This document shows, piece after piece, positions 1-7,924 of a DNA stretch of 24,000 bases (position 1 is the first letter of the stretch; each line of letters opens with the position of its first letter). The translations under genes were made by a program, and so were the position numbers. Below the pieces are notes generated by a model. The model was not told the DNA's origin. It was given only the letters and a program-made list of their open reading frames with translations, and did not search any database. The stretch covers positions 12,770 through 36,769 of the forward strand of contig JBBJLU010000024.1 in the NCBI GenBank assembly GCA_037719665.1. The letters run 5' to 3'. Origin of the DNA: Ferruginibacter sp. (GTDB lineage: Bacteria > Bacteroidota > Bacteroidia > Chitinophagales > Chitinophagaceae).

Positions 1-765
1 CGAAGGGGAAAGTTTTATTCCGGTATTTCCGGCCTGGTAATGCCGGGGCCAAGATCAACCTATCCGCCGGATTTCCGGGATAAGAGCCGCTTGGAGTATT
101 ACGCTTCTTTATTCAACAGCCTGGAGATAAACAGTTCCTTTTATAAAACGCCCAAAGAAACCACTGTAATTAAATGGGCAGTGGCCGTACCTGAGCAATT
201 CAAATTTACTTTTAAATTGTCCAAAGCTATCACGCATGTCAAGTGGCTGGATTATAATGAAGATGATGTAGAGCCATTCATGAAAACGATCGGGTATGCC
301 GGCCAGAAAAAAGGCTGCCTGCTGATACAATTCCCCCCTTCGTTAAAGATCGACAGGCTGGATCGGCTGCAAAAACTGTTGAGCGATATAGTTTGGAACA
401 ATGAAGATCAGTGGCAGTTGGCCGTAGAATTTCGTCATGCTTCCTGGTATGAGAAAGAAGTGTATGAGATCCTGGAAGAATATAAAGCCATTCCTGTATT
501 GCAGGATATCCCGGCATCTGCCACACCGGTACATGAAATAACATCTGATTTTATTTACAGGAGATTCCATGGTCCCGACGGTCGGTACCGCGGAAGTTAT
601 TCCGATGAATTCTTAAAGGAACATGCGGAGCAGATCCGCGATTGGCTCAGCGGCGGTAAAGATGTGTATTGTTATTTCAACAACACCATGGGCGATGCTG
701 TTAAGAATTTGTTGACCCTTCAGGAGTTTGTTGGGCTTACAACTATCGAATTAGCGGATAAATAA
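1..765 (+). CDS. DUF72 (YecE/UPF0759-like) family protein, 5' end outside the window
   Basis: Frame 1 is open from nt 1 (RRGKFYSGISGLVMPG...), so the listed ATG at 40 is probably internal. SLEINSSFYKTPKETTVIKWAVAVPEQFKFTFKLSKAITH and the YRRFHG...YRGSYSDEFL segment are typical DUF72 motifs. Confidence 0.8.
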   Translation, partial: RRGKFYSGISGLVMPGPRSTYPPDFRDKSRLEYYASLFNSLEINSSFYKTPKETTVIKWAVAVPEQFKFTFKLSKAITHVKWLDYNEDDVEPFMKTIGYAGQKKGCLLIQFPPSLKIDRLDRLQKLLSDIVWNNEDQWQLAVEFRHASWYEKEVYEILEEYKAIPVLQDIPASATPVHEITSDFIYRRFHGPDGRYRGSYSDEFLKEHAEQIRDWLSGGKDVYCYFNNTMGDAVKNLLTLQEFVGLTTIELADK

Positions 766-794
766 AAGGTGCGGATCTTTCCGCACCTTTCTTT
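765..794 (+). terminator. Rho-independent terminator after the DUF72 gene
   Basis: AAAGGTGCGGA (765-775), loop TCTT, TCCGCACCTTT (780-790): a perfect 11-bp stem followed by CTTT. Confidence 0.6.
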
Positions 795-1037
795 ATATGG
801 ATTCAAAGGGATTTATTGATGACTGCCTGAGCCCCATTTCACCGACCTTCCTATACCGCTGTAGATAACGAGATTTCCGTCATTTTGGATGATCAATGAC
901 CGGGAATTTGCAAACCCTGTACCGACAATCAGGACTATGTGTTAAGATTCACTTTCTCATGGACGATACCTGGTGAACAGCGGGGTTTTTCCCGGTGCGG
1001 CATTTTATTTTGGCATAAAATTTACAAATCGATAATC

Positions 1038-3911
1038 ATGGGCTTAACTAAATACCGCGATAAACGTTCTTTTACAGAAACCCCTGAACCTAAGGGTGGC
1101 AAGTCGGAGGACAGCGACTTAAAGTTTGTGATCCAAAAGCATGCAGCATCACACCTGCATTATGATTTTCGCCTGGAGATGCGCGGCGTGTTGAAAAGCT
1201 GGGCCGTTCCGAAAGGGCCCTCCACTGACCCTTCGGTAAAAAGACTCGCGATGATGGTAGAAGATCATCCTTATGACTATAGGAATTTTGAAGGGATCAT
1301 TCCCAAAGGCCAATACGGCGGTGGTACAGTGATCGTATGGGATGAAGGCACTTACAGTACAACTGATGAGGAACCCGCCGGTGATAAGAAATCCGCAGAG
1401 AAAATATTAATGGCGGCATTGGAGAAGGGCAAGATCAAAATCATAATGAAAGGCAGGAAATTAAAAGGTGAATATGCACTCGTGAGATCCCACGGAAGAG
1501 AAGAAAATGCATGGTTACTGATGAAGGTTAAAGATAAATATGCGTCCGTGACTGATATTACAAAAAAAGAAAAGTCAGTATTGTCGGGGAAGACACTAAA
1601 GCAGGTTGCGGCCACGTCAGAAAATATTTACGGACAGGCTAAAGAGGAACTAAAAGAAAAAAAAAGGATAACAAGTTCAAAAAAGAGTGCGGGAGAAGTA
1701 CAACCTGACGCAACGTCTGCAAATGTTGACTTGCCAACTTTACTTAAAAAAGGAATAAAAAAGGCGCAGCCCGCTGATCTTGCACCAATGCTTGCCACAC
1801 TTACGGATAAGCCCTTTGATGCGCCCGGTTGGCTCTATGAAATTAAATGGGACGGATACCGTGCATTGGCATACACAAATAAAAAGACTGTAGAACTTGC
1901 ATCCCGAAATAATAAATCTTTTAATGAAAAATTTTACCCGATCGTAACAGCATTAAGATCCTTCGGGATGAACGCCGTGTTGGACGGGGAGGTAATTGTA
2001 GCGGATGAAAAAGGTATGGCCAATTTCGGAGACCTGCAAAACTGGCGTAGCGAAGCAGACGGTAACCTCCTATTTTATGTTTTTGATATACTGTGGTACG
2101 AAGGAAAGGATCTTACACATTTACCCCTCACGGAGAGACGGGCCATACTAAAAGCTATACTTCCTGAATCAGATAATATTTTGCTGAGCAATGATTTTGA
2201 AACATCGGGTCTGGATTTCTTTGACGCAGCCGAAAAAATGGGATTGGAGGGTATCATGGCTAAGAAAGCAGACTCTGCTTATAACAGCGGCGGAAGAACT
2301 ACTGATTGGCTAAAAGTAAAAACAGCTATACGCCATGAAGTAGTGATCGGGGGCTATACTAAAAACGAAGGCACGGCAAAACCTTTCAGTTCCCTGCTTG
2401 TGGGTGTGTATGAAAAAGGAAAACTGGTTTACAGCGGGAAGATCGGTACCGGTTTTAACGATAAGACACAAAAGGAAATGATGGCGTTGTTTAAACCGCA
2501 TATCATCAGCGAATCGCCGTTCAGTACGGTGCCCGATATCAACCAGCCTTCGCGATTCCGACCTGTCCCGCCAAAGGCTACGGCTACATGGCTTAAGCCG
2601 GTGCTGGTTTGCGAAGTAGCGTACCGTGAATTAACCACAGACGGTATCATGCGGCATCCATCTTTTCAGGGGATGCGTATTGATAAGGCTGCGAAGGCTG
2701 TGGGGAGGGATAAGGTGGTGAAGCAAGGGGAGCTAAAAGATGAAAAAGGGAAAAAAGAGAAAAAAGTGGGGCTAAGAGAACAAAGAGAGAAAGAGGTAAA
2801 AGGGGGGCTAAAAGTAAAACAAGGAGAACAAGGTATAAAAAAAGGGCTAAGAGAACAAAGAGGGAAAGAGAACAAAGAGGGGCTAAAAGATAAACAAGGA
2901 GAAAAAGGGGAAAAAGTGAAACAAGATGGAAAAGTAAAAAACGCAGATGTGGCGAAATATATAAAAGCACCGAAAGCGGCGGAAAGGAAGACGTTGTTGA
3001 ATCCTACTGATGAAACGCAGGTGAGGAAGATCAACGGTAAGGAGATAAAGTTTTCCAACCTCAACAAGATCTACTGGCCGAAAGAGAATATTACCAAGCG
3101 GGAATTCCTGAATTATTATTACCGCGTGGCACCGTATATTTTGCCCTGGCTGAAGGATCGGCCTCAATCTATGAACCGTTTTCCTAATGGCATTACCGGT
3201 AAAAGCTTTTATCAAAAAGATGTAACCGGAAAAGTTCCCGATTGGGTAGAAACTTTCCCATACGTGAGTGAGGGTATCGATAAAAAGTTCATGCTGTGTA
3301 ATGATGAGGCTGCATTGCTATATATGGCGTCACTGGGATGTATAGAAATGAATCCCTGGAGCAGCACGTATAAAAAACCCGACAACCCGGATTGGTGTGT
3401 GATCGATCTTGATCCGGATAAAAACCATTTCGATAAGGTGATTGAAACGGCATTGGTCACAAAAGAAATATTAGATGCTGCCGGTGCAGACAGTTATTGT
3501 AAAACTTCCGGCTCTACGGGACTGCACATTTACATTCCATTGGGAAAAAAGTATGATTATGAAGCATCTAAAGAATTCGCACGCCTGATCGCTCACCTTG
3601 TGAATGAGCGGTTGCCGAAGTTTACAAGCATAGAAAGAATGACAGCTAAGCGCCGCGGCAAATTATACATCGATTTCCTGCAAAACAGGCCACAGGCCAC
3701 GCTGGCAGCCGCTTACTCAGTAAGGCCGAAACCCGGTGCCACGGTATCAATGCCCCTGCATTGGGAAGAGGTGAAAAAGGGATTGAAGATGACGGACTTT
3801 ACGATCCATAACGCTCCCGCGCGGCTGGCAGAAACAGGAGATATTTTTAAACCCGTTTTGGGTAAAGGGATCAATATGGAAAAGGTATTGAAAAAAATAA
3901 GTGAGGAATAG
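1038..3911 (+). CDS. ligD: ATP-dependent DNA ligase LigD, three-domain form (3'-phosphoesterase, ligase, primase-polymerase)
   Basis: The N-terminus MGLTKYRDKRSFTETPEP...FVIQKHAASHLHYDFRLE is the LigD phosphoesterase signature. The central part has PMLATL...YEIKWDGYR (KxDG adenylation motif). The C-terminal part (KFSNLNKIYWP...MNRFPNGI...KTSGSTGLHIYIPL...IDFLQN) is the LigD polymerase domain. I prefer the ATG at 1038 over the track start at 939, because the 33 upstream codons do not resemble LigD. Confidence 0.9.
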   Translation: MGLTKYRDKRSFTETPEPKGGKSEDSDLKFVIQKHAASHLHYDFRLEMRGVLKSWAVPKGPSTDPSVKRLAMMVEDHPYDYRNFEGIIPKGQYGGGTVIVWDEGTYSTTDEEPAGDKKSAEKILMAALEKGKIKIIMKGRKLKGEYALVRSHGREENAWLLMKVKDKYASVTDITKKEKSVLSGKTLKQVAATSENIYGQAKEELKEKKRITSSKKSAGEVQPDATSANVDLPTLLKKGIKKAQPADLAPMLATLTDKPFDAPGWLYEIKWDGYRALAYTNKKTVELASRNNKSFNEKFYPIVTALRSFGMNAVLDGEVIVADEKGMANFGDLQNWRSEADGNLLFYVFDILWYEGKDLTHLPLTERRAILKAILPESDNILLSNDFETSGLDFFDAAEKMGLEGIMAKKADSAYNSGGRTTDWLKVKTAIRHEVVIGGYTKNEGTAKPFSSLLVGVYEKGKLVYSGKIGTGFNDKTQKEMMALFKPHIISESPFSTVPDINQPSRFRPVPPKATATWLKPVLVCEVAYRELTTDGIMRHPSFQGMRIDKAAKAVGRDKVVKQGELKDEKGKKEKKVGLREQREKEVKGGLKVKQGEQGIKKGLREQRGKENKEGLKDKQGEKGEKVKQDGKVKNADVAKYIKAPKAAERKTLLNPTDETQVRKINGKEIKFSNLNKIYWPKENITKREFLNYYYRVAPYILPWLKDRPQSMNRFPNGITGKSFYQKDVTGKVPDWVETFPYVSEGIDKKFMLCNDEAALLYMASLGCIEMNPWSSTYKKPDNPDWCVIDLDPDKNHFDKVIETALVTKEILDAAGADSYCKTSGSTGLHIYIPLGKKYDYEASKEFARLIAHLVNERLPKFTSIERMTAKRRGKLYIDFLQNRPQATLAAAYSVRPKPGATVSMPLHWEEVKKGLKMTDFTIHNAPARLAETGDIFKPVLGKGINMEKVLKKISEE
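2768..2917 (+). repeat. Two tandem 75-bp (25-aa) units inside the LigD ligase-polymerase linker
   Basis: GCTAAGAGAACAAAGAG starts at 2771 and 2846. GCTAAAAG starts at 2807 and 2882. The period is exactly 75 nt. The peptides are GLREQREKEVKGGLKVKQGEQGIKK and GLREQRGKENKEGLKDKQGEKGEKV. Confidence 0.85.
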
Positions 3912-3996
3912 CATTTCCGATCATTACAACTAACCCTGTAATAAAATTTGGCATACAAATTTCATAGTTACTGCACACGAACTAAAACCTACACAC

Positions 3997-4596
3997 ATGA
4001 AAAAGTCACCAGCTGCGAAATCAGCACCTAAAAAATCAGCCCCTGCACCTAAAAAGGCTGCTGCTAAAAACAGCGGAAAAATTAAAGCTAAACCGGATGC
4101 AGCCGAAGGGCTGAGGGACCTGTTCATTGATGAACTGAAAGATATTTACTGGGCGGAAAAAGCATTGACGAAAGCCCTCCCGAAAATGGCGAAAAACGCC
4201 ACCAACCAGGGCCTGAAGAACGCACTTCAAAAACACCTGGTGGAAACACAAAACCAGATCGTACGATTGGAGCACGTATTTGTGTCTATCGGTGAAAAAG
4301 CCCGTGCCAAGAAATGCGAAGCTATGGCGGGACTTATTAAAGAAGGAGAAGGCATCATGGAAGATACACAGGCGGGCGTTGTAAGAGATGCGGGTATCAT
4401 TTCTGCCGGACAAAAAACAGAACACTACGAAATAGCCAGCTACGGTACCCTTTGCGCATTTGCAAAAACACTGGGTTTGGAGAAAGCAGCTTCCTTGCTT
4501 GCAGAAACACTGGAGGAAGAGAAAGCAGCAGATTCCAAGTTGAGCGAAATTGCCGGCCACTCCATTAATATCGGTGCGGCAAGTGCAGATAAATAA
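3997..4596 (+). CDS. DUF892 (YciE/YciF-like) ferritin-like protein with an N-terminal Lys/Ala/Pro-rich tail
   Basis: The core DELKDIYWAEKALTKALPKMAKNA...HLVETQNQIVRLEHVF...CEAMAGLIKEGE matches the DUF892 pattern. The first ~35 aa are MKKSPAAKSAPKKSAPAPKKAAAKNSGKIKAKPDA. Confidence 0.8.
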   Translation: MKKSPAAKSAPKKSAPAPKKAAAKNSGKIKAKPDAAEGLRDLFIDELKDIYWAEKALTKALPKMAKNATNQGLKNALQKHLVETQNQIVRLEHVFVSIGEKARAKKCEAMAGLIKEGEGIMEDTQAGVVRDAGIISAGQKTEHYEIASYGTLCAFAKTLGLEKAASLLAETLEEEKAADSKLSEIAGHSINIGAASADK

Positions 4597-4638
4597 ACCG
4601 GGAGTTTAATTTTATACATTTTGAACCGTACTCGTTTT

Positions 4639-4669
4639 AAAGCGCTGTGAAAACGGCGCTTTATTTTTT
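4639..4669 (+). terminator. Rho-independent terminator after the DUF892 gene
   Basis: AAAGCGCTG (4639-4647) pairs with CGGCGCTTT (4654-4662) with one G-U pair. The loop is TGAAAA and ATTTTTT follows. Confidence 0.6.
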
Positions 4670-4754
4670 AACTTATCGGTCCTGTCTTTAAAGGGTATAA
4701 TACACCTCTTTGGACTGCATTTTGCCTTATATGTGTGTATAAAATTTTTGAATT

Positions 4755-5417
4755 ATGAAACGGATCATTGCAATAATTATATGTTCTTTATCGGCTTATA
4801 TTCCATATGCCCAAAGCACGTTAAACAGCACACAGGCAGCTACAAGTAATCTTAACCCACCCGCGAGTGCTCAACCTGTGCCCAATGCAACAGTGACGGA
4901 AAAGTCTGCGGCTACCGCAAAACCGTTGATCGCCCCGGCAGCAAACCCGGTACCCCCGATTTACCCGGGCGGAGACGTAAGAGCAGTGGAAACCAACAAC
5001 AACCTGATATTCCCGGCATCGCCGCCGTCACCTACACAGCCTATACAAAGAGAACCGCTCACCCCGGTTGAATCTAAGAATGTATTACAACCAACAAGGC
5101 CGCAAAGGGAAGAGAATTCCCGCGTAAATACAGCGACAGGAGTACAGGTACAAACCGGTTACATTGCCCCGGTGAACAATCGCCCCGTAACAAGAACATC
5201 AGGAGTAAAGCCGGTTACCCGTGCGACCACTACCACATCGCCTGCCACTGTTACAACTACCACCACCACCACATCTTCTAAAGATAACATCGCCATGAAA
5301 ATGGATGGTAGTGTAAGAACTACACCGGCAGACCGGGTAGGAACTACCGGTAAAACAAAGAAAGGCGCTACCGGCCGTTCTCAGGGAACTAAAACAAGTA
5401 CCTACAAAAAACCTTAG
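4755..5417 (+). CDS. Secreted low-complexity Pro/Thr/Asn-rich protein, function unknown
   Basis: Signal peptide MKRIIAIIICSLSAYIPYAQS. Long P/T/V-rich body including TTTTSPATVTTTTTTTSS. Basic C-terminus. No recognisable domain. Confidence 0.55.
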   Translation: MKRIIAIIICSLSAYIPYAQSTLNSTQAATSNLNPPASAQPVPNATVTEKSAATAKPLIAPAANPVPPIYPGGDVRAVETNNNLIFPASPPSPTQPIQREPLTPVESKNVLQPTRPQREENSRVNTATGVQVQTGYIAPVNNRPVTRTSGVKPVTRATTTTSPATVTTTTTTTSSKDNIAMKMDGSVRTTPADRVGTTGKTKKGATGRSQGTKTSTYKKP

Positions 5418-5515
5418 ACATCCCAAAGCCCGGATCGTTCATAATTAATAAATAATAATTAATAACTAATGATGCTTCAGGTCGCGTCTCTTTGAAGGGC
5501 CCCGGCAGTTCGACA

Positions 5516-5548
5516 ATACGAAGCCCCGAAATTTTCGGGGCTTCGTAT
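5516..5548. terminator. Perfect 16-bp-stem palindromic hairpin, candidate terminator for the 4755..5417 gene
   Basis: ATACGAAGCCCCGAAA-T-TTTCGGGGCTTCGTAT. It lies ~100 nt after the stop codon and only a weak T-rich tail (TGTAATTATT) follows. Confidence 0.5.
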
Positions 5549-5754
5549 TGTAATTATTAATTACTCTTTATTAATTTTTAAATAATAACTAATAATGTTT
5601 CTGGATAACAGTGATCACAGCCCGCATCTCTGTGAGGTGCCTCCTGCAGATCGATAAAATTACGAAGTCCCGAAAATTTACGGGTTCACATTATTACTTA
5701 TTAATTTTTACCTATTAATTATTAAGTTCCTTCCCGCATTTCCCTCAAAGCAAA

Positions 5755-5777
5755 AAGCCCCGAAATTTTCGGGGCTT
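5755..5777 (-). terminator. Rho-independent terminator of tsf
   Basis: Palindrome AAGCCCCGAAA-T-TTTCGGGGCTT. On the minus strand TTTTTGCTTT follows directly. It lies 34 nt downstream of the tsf stop. Confidence 0.65.
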
Positions 5778-5810
5778 CTCATTATTCATTATCCATTAAA
5801 AAATTATCCA

Positions 5811-6638
5811 TTAACCCAGCGCTACGCGCTTAAACTCTGTAAGCTTAAGATCTGCATCTGTAGCTTTAAGGTAATCTCCCACTGACTTTGCATTGTCCTT
5901 TACGAAAGGCTGTGCAAGCAATGTATTGTCTTTAAGGAATTTGTTCATTTTACCTACGGCGATCTTTTCAGCCATTTCTGCGGGCTTGCCTTCTGCTTTG
6001 ATCTGCTCGATAGCAATATCTTTTTCACGGGCCAGGGTAGCCGGGTCAACAGAAGTTTCATCTATTGCCAATGGATTCATAGCAGCGATCTGCATAGCTA
6101 CGTCCTTGCCTGCTTCAGCAGATTCTTTGCTCATACCTACCAACACACCCATACGGTTTGCACCGTGGATATAACTTGCTACGAACGGCGCTTCTATTCT
6201 TTCAAATTTCTGGATACCGATCTTTTCCCCGATAGAGGCCAACTTATCGTTGATCATATCAGATACTTTAGAACCGTTGATAGAAACTTCGTTCAGTTCT
6301 TCCGCAGTTTTTACGTTGTTGTCGATCGCAGCGTCTGCAATGCTTTGGGCAAATGCGACGAAGTCTGCGTTCTTACTTACAAAATCTGTTTCGCAACTGA
6401 TGCAAAGCACGATACCGGCTTTATGATCAGGAGTGGTCTTTGCGATGATAACGCCTTCTTTTGCTTCACGGTCGCTACGCTTTGCGGCTACCTTCTGACC
6501 CTGCTTGCGCAACCAGTCAATAGCTGCTTCAAAATCACCGTTGCTTTCTGTCAGTGCTTTCCGGCAATCCATCATACCGGCACCTGTAGCCTGGCGTAAT
6601 TTATTGATATCTGTTGCTGTAATTGTTGTTGTACTCAT
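5811..6638 (-). CDS. tsf: Translation elongation factor Ts
   Basis: ITATDINKLRQATGAGMMDCRKALTESNGDFEAAIDWLRKQG is the canonical EF-Ts N-terminal UBA-like signature. The gene lies immediately downstream of rpsB, as in most bacteria. Confidence 0.95.
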   Translation of the reverse strand: MSTTTITATDINKLRQATGAGMMDCRKALTESNGDFEAAIDWLRKQGQKVAAKRSDREAKEGVIIAKTTPDHKAGIVLCISCETDFVSKNADFVAFAQSIADAAIDNNVKTAEELNEVSINGSKVSDMINDKLASIGEKIGIQKFERIEAPFVASYIHGANRMGVLVGMSKESAEAGKDVAMQIAAMNPLAIDETSVDPATLAREKDIAIEQIKAEGKPAEMAEKIAVGKMNKFLKDNTLLAQPFVKDNAKSVGDYLKATDADLKLTEFKRVALG

Positions 6639-6856
6639 TTTATTTGGCCCCTGTTCTCCGCCGCGGCGAAGGAACTAAATTTAAAGTTTATAATTTTTTT
6701 TCCGACTTTAAAGCCGAAGCTTAAAAGTTCAATGAAGCTGTGCTGTACAAGAGTGCGACGCCACCGAAGCCGATTGAAGAACTTATGCCCGGATCATAAA
6801 ATATATTGATCTCAGCAACCACTCTACTGTCGAAATCCTAAGTTGATTGGCCCCGC

Positions 6857-7774
6857 CTATTTCCCTGCAGGCCTTCTTGCACCGCCGCCACCGCCCGGTC
6901 CGCCGGGTGTTCTGCGACGTTGTGCACCGCCACCGCCGGGTCCGCCGGGACCACGTCCTGCACCACCGGGTCCGCCGCTGCGCCTTCTGTCGTCACCGCC
7001 TTCCTGCTTATTTTCAAAACGGGCCGCTCTTGCTTCTGCACTTTCTTCGCTCTCTTCGCTTCCTTCATCTTCCTTACTGTTCTGACGGTCTGCAAGACCT
7101 TCAGCGATAGCTGCAGTGATATAGTTAACGATAATCGCAATTGATTTGGTAGCATCGTCGTTGGACGGGATCGCAAAATCAACTTTGTTCGGATCGGAAT
7201 TGGTATCCACCATTCCGAAGGTGCTGATGTTAAGACGCTTTGCTTCTGCCAAAGCGATATGTTCGTGGCCGATATCCACCATGAACAACGCTGCAGGTAC
7301 ACGGCTGATCTGTGCGATACCACCAAGTACTTTCTCCATTTTATCACGCTCACGTGTAAGGGTCAGTCTTTCTTTTTTGTTCAGGTTCTCCGCGCTTCCG
7401 TCGCCCAGCATCTTATCAATGCTCTGCATTTTCTTTACGCTCTTACGAACCGTGTTGAAGTTGGTGAGCATTCCCCCCAACCAACGTTCTGTAACGAACG
7501 GCATGTTTACGCGCTTTGCTGATTCCTGTACGATCTCTTTCGCCTGCTTTTTTGTAGCCACGAACATGATCTTTTTTCCGCTGCGTGCGATCGCTTTCAT
7601 AGCTGCTGCAGCTTCCTGCAATCCTTCCACTGTCCTGTTAAGGTCAATGATATGGATCCCTTTCTTTTCCGCAAAGATGTAAGGAAGCATTTTCGGGTTC
7701 CACTTTTTCTTCAGGTGACCGAAGTGAACACCTGCTTCCAGGAGCTGCTGTTGTAAGGAAGTATTATTTTCCAT
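6857..7774 (-). CDS. rpsB: 30S ribosomal protein S2 with a ~70-aa acidic then Gly/Pro/Arg-rich C-terminal extension
   Basis: LLEAGVHFGHLKKKWNPKMLPYIF...GIHIIDL...ILFVATKKQAKE-like core. The tail is ...EDEGSEESEESAEARAARFENKQEGGDDRRRSGGPGGAGRGPGGPGGGGAQRRRTPGGPGGGGGARRPAGK. Confidence 0.95.
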   Translation of the reverse strand: MENNTSLQQQLLEAGVHFGHLKKKWNPKMLPYIFAEKKGIHIIDLNRTVEGLQEAAAAMKAIARSGKKIMFVATKKQAKEIVQESAKRVNMPFVTERWLGGMLTNFNTVRKSVKKMQSIDKMLGDGSAENLNKKERLTLTRERDKMEKVLGGIAQISRVPAALFMVDIGHEHIALAEAKRLNISTFGMVDTNSDPNKVDFAIPSNDDATKSIAIIVNYITAAIAEGLADRQNSKEDEGSEESEESAEARAARFENKQEGGDDRRRSGGPGGAGRGPGGPGGGGAQRRRTPGGPGGGGGARRPAGK

Positions 7775-7924
7775 GTTTTGTTTTTGAAGGCCTCCCCAAA
7801 CCCTTCTGAAAGAGGGGCTTTTGAAGCCTGTATTTTTTAAAGTTTACAATTTTATTAAAGTCTTACCACTGGTCCCCGTCTCCCTTAAGGGATTCAGGGG
7901 GCCAACGCAGGGGCCGGTTCTCCC

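Larger units (their letters stand above)
5441..5800. repeat. Degenerate tandem repeat, ~130-bp period, about 2.7 units, each unit ending in a GAAGCCCCGAAA/TTTCGGGGCTTC-type hairpin flanked by AT-rich ATTAATTATTAA-like words
   Basis: The 13-mer TTATTAATTTTTA is identical at 5568-5580 and 5698-5710 (spacing 130). Hairpins lie at 5516-5548 (perfect), ~5664-5688 (decayed) and 5755-5777 (perfect). CGCGTCTCTTTGAAGGGCC...TACGAAG aligns with CGCATCTCTGTGAGGTGCC...TTACGAAG. Confidence 0.7.

Noticed and set aside
939-1037. A 33-codon N-terminal extension of LigD from the track start
   Set aside because: The extension (MLRFTFSWTIPGEQRGFSRCGILFWHKIYKSII) has no resemblance to LigD. The phosphoesterase domain signature begins right after the ATG at 1038.
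2647-3067. Two long minus-strand ORFs (107 and 133 aa) antisense to the LigD linker
   Set aside because: They lie entirely within the purine-rich tandem repeat of ligD. Their Leu/Phe/Ser/Pro-rich translations are the expected mirror image of a Lys/Glu/Gly-rich coding strand and are not independent genes.
4036-4560. A long antisense ORF within the DUF892 gene. Similar antisense or off-frame ORFs occur inside tsf (5893-6599), rpsB (7146-7682), DUF418 (11370-12446), the esterase (14037-14504), the amidohydrolase (17056-18566), ligA (19510-20777), DUF2461 (21124-21462) and GH94 (22082-23632).
   Set aside because: Each is nested in a gene with clear family motifs on the other strand or frame. The translations are Cys/Phe/Arg-rich and low in information, which is typical of non-coding frames.
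5441-5800. Possible CRISPR array, because of repeated hairpin-forming units
   Set aside because: The repeats are about 130 bp, degenerate, and contiguous without unique spacers. The palindromic core is terminator-like. There are no cas genes and no regular repeat-spacer periodicity.
6838-7353. ORFs overlapping rpsB (171 aa on the minus strand in another frame; 80, 87 and 74 aa Pro/Arg-rich on the plus strand)
   Set aside because: They are by-products of the GC-rich repetitive tract that encodes the S2 tail. The S2 frame has unmistakable ribosomal protein homology and the others have none.
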